Source: Auanema rhodensis
Lineage: Eukaryota > Animalia > Nematoda
Reading direction: 5' to 3'
Length of the DNA stretch: 64,000 bases
Assembly: GCA_964057225.1 (NCBI GenBank)
Contig: CAXKVF010000074.1
Location: 310,001-374,000 of the forward strand
Part shown: positions 56,601 through 64,000 of the stretch, piece by piece
How positions within the stretch are numbered: position 1 is the stretch's first letter
How the letters are laid out: each line of letters begins with the position of its first letter
The notes under the pieces: generated by a model
What the model was told of the DNA's origin: nothing
The model's database searches: none
The model's input: only the letters and a program-made list of their open reading frames with translations
Position numbers and translations under genes: made by a program

Positions 56601-59600
56601 CCATGTCCATATTAGTCTAAAAACAAATTTTTATTGATATTGGTGCATGGTAACCATGACTTTGAAATTTACGTGAACTTTAATTTATGCTAATTAAATG
56701 TACACGTGATGTGCACTTGGTATGTAACTCGCTTCACGTGAAAGATAAAGAGATGCGGTTTTCAAAATTAGATTCCCCATGTCCATATTAGTCTTAAAAC
56801 AAATTTTTATTGATATTGGTGCATGGTAACCATGACTTTGAAATTTACGTGAACTTTAATTTATGCTAATTAAATGTACACGTGATGTGCACTTGGTATG
56901 TAACTCGCTTCACGTGAAAGATAAAGAGATGCGGTTTTCAAAATTAGATTCCCCATGTCCATATTAGTCTAAAAACAAATTTTTCTTGATATTGGTTCAT
57001 GGTAACCATGACTTTGAAATTTACGTGAACTTTAATTTATGCTAATTAAATGTACACGTGATGTGCACTTGGTATGTAACTCGCTTCACGTGAAAGATAA
57101 AGAGATGCGGTTTTCAAAATTAGATTCCCCATGTCCATATTAGTCTAAAAACAAATTTTTATTGATATTGATGCATGGTAACCATGACTTTGAAATTTAC
57201 GTGAACTTTAATTTATGCTAATTAAATGTACACGTGATGTGCACTTGGTATGTAACTCGCTTCACGTGAAAGATGAAGAGATGCGGTTTTCAAAATTAGA
57301 TTCCTCATGTCCATATTAGTCTAAAAACAAATTTTTATTGATATTGGTTCATGGTAACCATGACTTTGAAATTTACGTGAACTTTAATTTATGCTAATTA
57401 AATGTACACGTGATGTGCACTTGGTATGTAACTCGTTTCACGTGAAAGATAAAGAGATGAGGTTTTCAAAATTAGATTCCCCATGTCCATATTAGTCTAA
57501 AAACAAATTTTTATTGATATTGGTGCATGGTAACCATGACTTTGAAATTTACGTGAACTTTAATTTATGCTAATTAAATGTACACGTGATGTGCACTTGG
57601 TATGTAACTCGCTTCACGTGAAAGATAAAGAGATGCGGTTTTCAAAATTAGATTCCCCATGTCCATATTAGTCTAAAAACAAATTTTTATTGATATTGGT
57701 GCATGGTAACCATGACTTTGAAATTTACGTGAACTTTAATTTATGCTAATTAAATGTACACGTGATGTGCACTTGGTATGTAACTCGCTTCACGTGAAAG
57801 ATAAAGAGATGCGGTTTTCAAAATTAGATTCCCCATGTCCATATTAGTCTAAAAACAAATTTTTATTGATATTGGTTTATGGTAACCATGACTTTGAAAT
57901 TTACGTGAACTTTAATTTATGCTAATTAAATGTACACGTGATGTGCACTTGGTATGTAACTCGCTTCACGTGAAAGATAAAGAGATGCGGTTTTCAAAAT
58001 TAGATTCCCCATGTCCATATTAGTCTAAAAACAAATTTTTATTGATATTGGTGCATGGTAACCATGACTTTGAAATTTACGTGAACTTTAATTTATGCTA
58101 ATTAAATGTACACGTGATGTGCACTTGGTATGTAACTCGCTTCACGTGAAAGATAAAGAGATGCGGTTTTCAAAATTAGATTCCCCATGTCCATATTAGT
58201 CTAAAAACAAATTTTTATTGATATTGGTGCATGGTAACCATGACTTTGAAATTTACGTGAACTTTAATTTATGCTAATTAAATGTACACGTGATGTGCAC
58301 TTGGTATGTAACTCGCTTCACGTGAAAGATAAAGAGATGCGGTTTTCAAAATTAGATTCCCCATGTCCATATTAGTCTTAAAACAAATTTTTATTGATAT
58401 TGGTGCATGGTAACCATGACTTTGAAATTTACGTGAACTTTAATTTATGCTAATTAAATGTACACGTGATGTGCACTTGGTATGTAACTCGCTTCACGTG
58501 AAAGATAAAGAGATGCGGTTTTCAAAATTAGATTCCCCATGTCCATATTAGTCTAAAAACAAATTTTTATTGATATTGGTTCATGGTAACCATGACTTTG
58601 AAATTTACGTGAACTTTAATTTATGCTAATTAAATGTACACGTGATGTGCACTTGGTATGTAACTCGCTTCACGTGAAAGATAAAGAGATGCGGTTTTCA
58701 AAATTAGATTCCCCATGTCCATATTAGTCTAAAAACAAATTTTTATTGATATTGATGCATGGTAACCATGACTTTGAAATTTACGTGAACTTTAATTTAT
58801 GCTAATTAAATGTACACGTGATGTGCACTTGGTATGTAACTCGCTTCACGTGAAAGATGAAGAGATGCGGTTTTCAAAATTAGATTCCTCATGTCCATAT
58901 TAGTCTAAAAACAAATTTTTATTGATATTGGTTCATGGTAACCATGACTTTGAAATTTACGTGAACTTTAATTTATGCTAATTAAATGTACACGTGATGT
59001 GCACTTGGTATGTAACTCGTTTCACGTGAAAGATAAAGAGATGAGGTTTTCAAAATTAGATTCCCCATGTCCATATTAGTCTAAAAACAAATTTTTATTG
59101 ATATTGGTGCATGGTAACCATGACTTTGAAATTTACGTGAACTTTAATTTATGCTAATTAAATGTACACGTGATGTGCACTTGGTATGTAACTCGCTTCA
59201 CGTGAAAGATAAAGAGATGCGGTTTTCAAAATTAGATTCCCCATGTCCATATTAGTCTAAAAACAAATTTTTATTGATATTGGTGCATGGTAACCATGAC
59301 TTTGAAATTTACGTGAACTTTAATTTATGCTAATTAAATGTACACGTGATGTGCACTTGGTATGTAACTCGCTTCACGTGAAAGATAAAGAGATGCGGTT
59401 TTCAAAATTAGATTCCCCATGTCCATATTAGTCTAAAAACAAATTTTTATTGATATTGGTTTATGGTAACCATGACTTTGAAATTTACGTGAACTTTAAT
59501 TTATGCTAATTAAATGTACACGTGATGTGCACTTGGTATGTAACTCGCTTCACGTGAAAGATAAAGAGATGCGGTTTTCAAAATTAGATTCCCCATGTCC

Positions 59601-60509
59601 ATATTAGTCTAAAAACAAATTTTTATTGATATTGGTTCATGGTAACCATGACTTTGAAATTTACGTGAACTTTAATTTATGCTAATTAAATGTACACGTG
59701 ATGTGCACTTGGTATGTAACTCGCTTCACGTGAAAGATAAAGAGATGCGGTTTTCAAAATTAGATTCCCCATGTCCATATTAGTCTAAAAACAAATTTTT
59801 ATTGATATTGGTGCATGGTAACCATGACTTTGAAATTTACGTGAACTTTAATTTATGCTAATTAAATGTACACGTGATGTGCACTTGGTATGTAACTCGC
59901 TTCACGTGAAAGATAAGGAGATGCGGTTTTCAAAATTAGATTCCCCATGTCCATATTAGTCTAAAAACAAATTTTTATTGATATTGGTTCATGGTAACCA
60001 TGACTTTGAAATTTACGTGAACTTTAATTTATGCTAATTAAATGTACACGTGATGTGCACTTGGTATGTAACTCGCTTCACGTGAAAGATAAAGAGATGC
60101 GGTTTTCAAAATTAGATTCCCCATGTCCATATTAGTCTAAAAACAAATTTTTATTGATATTGATGCATGGTAACCATGACTTTGAAATTTACGTGAACTT
60201 TAATTTATGCTAATTAAATGTACACGTGATGTGCACTTGGTCTGTAACTCGTTTCACGTGAAAGATAAAGAGATGAGGTTTTCAAAATTAGATTCCCCAT
60301 GTCCATATTAGTCTAAAAACAAATTTTTATTGATATTGGTGCATGGTAACCATGACTTTGAAATTTACGTGAACTTTAATTTATGCTAATTAAATGTACA
60401 CGTGATGTGCACTTGGTATGTAACTCGCTTCACGTGAAAGATAAAGAGATGCGGTTTTCAAAATTAGATTCCCCATGTCCATATTAGTCTAAAAACAAAT
60501 TTTTATTGA

Positions 60510-60613
60510 TATTGGTGCATGGTAACCATGACTTTGAAATTTACGTGAACTTTAATTTATGCTAATTAAATGTACACGTGATGTGCACTTGGTATGTAAC
60601 TCGCTTCACGTGA
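60510..60613 (+). repeat. Truncated 104-bp monomer (72-bp deletion of pos 105-176, 3-bp TGA microhomology)
   Basis: TTCACGTGA is followed directly by TATTGGTTCATGG. TGA at 60611-60613 can be read as pos 102-104 or 174-176. Confidence 0.96.
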
Positions 60614-60646
60614 TATTGGTTCATGGTAACCATGACTTTGAAATTT

Positions 60647-61110
60647 GGGGAATCTAATTTTGAAAACCGCATCTCTTTATCTTTCACGTGAAGCGAGTTA
60701 CATACCAAGTGCACATCACGTGTACATTTAATTAGCATAAATTAAAATTCACGTAAATTTCAAAGTCATGGTTACCATGCACCAATATCAATAAAAATTT
60801 GTTTTTAGACTAATATGGACATGGGGAATCTAATTTTGAAAACCGCATCTCTTTATCTTTCACGTGAAGCGAGTTACATACCAAGAGCACATCACGTGTA
60901 CATTTAATTAGCATAAATTAAAGTTCACGTAAATTTCAAAGTCATGGTTACCATGCACCAATATCAATAAAAATTTGTTTTTAGACTAATATGGACATGG
61001 GGAATCTAATTTTGAAAACCGCATCTCTTTATCTTTCACGTGAAGCGAGTTACATACCAAGTGCACATCACGTGTACATTTAATTAGCATAAATTAAAGT
61101 TCACGTAAAT
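60647..61110 (-). repeat. 464-bp inverted block of the same satellite (about 2.6 monomers)
   Basis: GGGGAATCTAATTTTGAAAACCGCATCTC...AAAGTTCACGTAAAT is the reverse complement of the monomer. It runs from monomer pos 141 back through one full monomer to pos 30 (141+176+147=464). Confidence 0.98.
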
Positions 61111-61111
61111 G

Positions 61112-64000
61112 TGCGGTTTTCAAAATTAGATTCCCCATGTCCATATTAGTCTAAAAACAAATTTTTATTGATATTGGTTCATGGTAACCATGACTTTGAA
61201 ATTTACGTGAACTTTAATTTATGCTAATTAAATGTACACGTGATGTGCACTTGGTATGTAACTCGCTTCACGTGCATGTCCATATTAGTCTAAAAACAAA
61301 TTTTTATTGATATTGGTGCATGGTAACCATGACTTTGAAATTTACGTGAACTTTAATTTATGCTAATTAAATGTACACGTGATGTGCACTTGGTATGTAA
61401 CTCGCTTCACGTGAAAGATAAAGAGATGCGGTTTTCAAAATTAGATTCCCCATGTCCATATTAGTCTAAAAACAAATTTTTATTGATATTGGTTCATGGT
61501 AACCATGACTTTGAAATTTACGTGAACTTTAATTTATGCTAATTAAATGTACACGTGATGTGCACTTGGTATGTAACTCGCTTCACGTGAAAGATAAAGA
61601 GATGCGGTTTTCAAAATTAGATTCCCCATGTCCATATTAGTCTAAAAACAAATTTTTATTGATATTGGTGCATGCTAACCATGACTTTGAAATTTACGTG
61701 AACTTTAATTTATGCTAATTAAATGTACACGTGATGTGCATTTGGTATGTAACTCGCTTCACGTGAAAGATAAAGAGATGCGGTTTTCAAAATTAGATTC
61801 ACCATGTCCATATTAGTCTAAAAACAAATTTTTATTGATATTGGTTCATGGTAACCATGACTTTGAAATTTACGTGAACTTTAATTTATGCTAATTAAAT
61901 GTACACGTGATGTGCACTTGGTATGTAACTCGCTTCACGTGAAAGATAAAGAGATGCGGTTTTCAAAATTAGATTCCCCATGTCCATATTAGTCTAAAAA
62001 CAAATTTTTATTGATATTGGTTCATGGTAACCATGACTTTGAAATTTACGTGAACTTTAATTTATGCTAATTAAATGTACACGTGATGTGCACTTGGTAT
62101 GTAACTCGCTTCACGTGAAAGATAAAGAGATGCGGTTTTCAAAATTAGATTCCCCATGTCCATATTAGTCTAAAAACAAATTTTTATTGATATTGGTGCA
62201 TGGTAACCATGACTTTGAAATTTACGTGAACTTTAATTTATGCTAATTAAATGTACACGTGATGTGCACTTGGTATGTAACTCGCTTCACGTGAAAGATA
62301 AAGAGATGCGGTTTTCAAAATTAGATTCCCCTTGTCCATATTAGTCTAAAAACAAATTTTTATTGATATTGGTTCATGGTAACCATGACTTTGAAATTTA
62401 CGTGAACTTTAATTTATGCTAATTAAATGTACACGTGATGTGCACTTGGTATGTAACTCGCTTCACGTGAAAGATAAAGAGATGCGGTTTTCAAAATTAG
62501 ATTCCCCATGTCCATATTAGTCTAAAAACAAATTTTTATTGATATTGGTTCATGGTAACCATGACTTTGAAATTTACGTGAACTTTAATTTATGCTAATT
62601 AAATGTACACGTGATGTGCACTTGGTATGTAACTCGCTTCACGTGAAAGATAAAGAGATGCGGTTTTCAAAATTAGATTCCCCATGTCCATATTAGTCTA
62701 AAAACAAATTTTTATTGATATTGGTGCATGGTAACCATGACTTTGAAATTTACGTGAACTTTAATTTATGCTAATTAAATGTACACGTGATGTGCACTTG
62801 GTATGTAACTCGCTTCACGTGAAAGATAAAGAGATGCGGTTTTCAAAATTAGATTCCCCTTGTCCATATTAGTCTAAAAACAAATTTTTATTGATATTGG
62901 TTCATGGTAACCATGACTTTGAAATTTACGTGAACTTTAATTTATGCTAATTAAATGTACACGTGATGTGCACTTGGTATGTAACTCGCTTCACGTGAAA
63001 GATAAAGAGATGCGGTTTTCAAAATTAGATTCCCCATGTCCATATTAGTCTAAAAACAAATTTTTATTGATATTGGTTCATGGTAACCATGACTTTGAAA
63101 TTTACGTGAACTTTAATTTATGCTAATTAAATGTACACGTGATGTGCACTTGGTATGTAACTCGCTTCACGTGAAAGATAAAGAGATGCGGTTTTCAAAA
63201 TTAGATTCCCCATGTCCATATTAGTCTAAAAACAAATTTTTATTGATATTGGTGCATGGTAACCATGACTTTGAAATTTACGTGAACTTTAATTTATGCT
63301 AATTAAATGTACACGTGATGTGCACTTGGTATGTAACTCGCTTCACGTGAAAGATAAGGAGATGCGGTTTTCAAAATTAGATTCCCCATGTCCATATTAG
63401 TCTAAAAACAAATTTTTATTGATATTGGTTCATGGTAACCATGACTTTGAAATTTACGTGAACTTTAATTTATGCTAATTAAATGTACACGTGATGTGCA
63501 CTTGGTATGTAACTCGCTTCACGTGAAAGATAAAGAGATGCGGTTTTCAAAATTAGATTCCCCATGTCCATATTAGTCTAAAAACAAATTTTTATTGATA
63601 TTGATGCATGGTAACCATGACTTTGAAATTTACGTGAACTTTAATTTATGCTAATTAAATGTACACGTGATGTGCACTTGGTATGTAACTCGTTTCACGT
63701 GAAAGATAAAGAGATGAGGTTTTCAAAATTAGATTCCCCATGTCCATATTAGTCTAAAAACAAATTTTTATTGATATTGGTGCATGGTAACCATGACTTT
63801 GAAATTTACGTGAACTTTAATTTATGCTAATTAAATGTACACGTGATGTGCACTTGGTATGTAACTCGCTTCACGTGAAAGATAAAGAGATGCGGTTTTC
63901 AAAATTAGATTCCCCATGTCCATATTAGTCTAAAAACAAATTTTTATTGATATTGGTGCATGGTAACCATGACTTTAAAATTTACGTGAACTTTAATTTA
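61112..64000 (+). repeat. 176-bp satellite array, forward orientation resumed; runs off the window end
   Basis: Resumes at monomer pos 117 (TGCGGTTTTC). Monomer starts at 61172, 61311 (after a 37-bp deletion) and so on to 63951. Confidence 0.99.
61172..61310 (+). repeat. Second truncated 139-bp monomer with the identical 37-bp deletion
   Basis: Junction CTTCACGTG|CATGTCC at 61274/61275. Confidence 0.97.

Larger units (their letters stand above)
1..60646 (+). repeat. 176-bp tandem satellite array, forward orientation (candidate centromeric/pericentromeric satellite); probably continues upstream of the window
   Basis: TATTGGT(G/T)CATGGTAACCATG recurs every 176 bp (starts at 1, 177, 2641, 5281, 7921, 10561, 13201). 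Most monomers differ from consensus by only 0-3 substitutions. Phase shifts occur only at +1 (15470), +1 (20751), -37 (47625) and -72 (60613). GC is 57/176. Confidence 0.99.

Noticed and set aside
60647-61110. Transposon/MITE insertion or recombinase-driven invertible switch
   Set aside because: The segment is pure reverse-complement satellite, with no foreign sequence, direct target-site duplication or conserved recombination sites. The junctions are non-conservative.
1-64000. CRISPR array (palindromic repeats at regular spacing)
   Set aside because: There are no unique spacers; the full 176 bp repeats, and no cas genes are present.
1-64000. Protein-coding repeat ORF
   Set aside because: 176 is not a multiple of 3, so a reading frame cycles through all phases, and TAA/TGA/TAG stops are frequent on both strands. 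Only short ORFs are possible.
1-64000. Information encoded in the G/T pattern at monomer position 8
   Set aside because: The pattern travels with the duplicated blocks and domains; nothing beyond duplication history is needed to explain it.

Overview
The whole 64-kb window is one highly homogeneous, AT-rich (~32% GC) tandem satellite array, about 364 head-to-tail copies of a 176-bp monomer. Consensus (positions 1-176): TATTGGT(G/T)CATGGTAACCATGACTTTGAAATTTACGTGAACTTTAATTTATGCTAATTAAATGTACACGTGATGTGCACTTGGTATGTAACTCGCTTCACGTGAAAGATAAAGAGATGCGGTTTTCAAAATTAGATTCCCCATGTCCATATTAGTCTAAAAACAAATTTTTATTGA. Monomer length, AT content and homogeneity are typical of a eukaryotic centromeric or pericentromeric satellite, but I cannot name the species or family. 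I found no genes, RNA genes, transposons or CRISPR arrays. The information lies in the deviations. (1) There is a compact complex rearrangement at 60.6-61.3 kb: a 72-bp deletion, a 464-bp inversion with duplicated ends and a 37-bp deletion. (2) The same base-exact 37-bp deletion occurs at 47,625 in a different monomer lineage, and all three deletions start at the TTCACGTGAA palindrome. (3) Variant barcodes reveal block duplications at many offsets (3 to 48 monomers) and about five haplotype domains, with the last domain resembling the first ~46 kb away. (4) The monomer has a conserved, palindrome/E-box-rich half and a variable half. All variant calls were made by eye.
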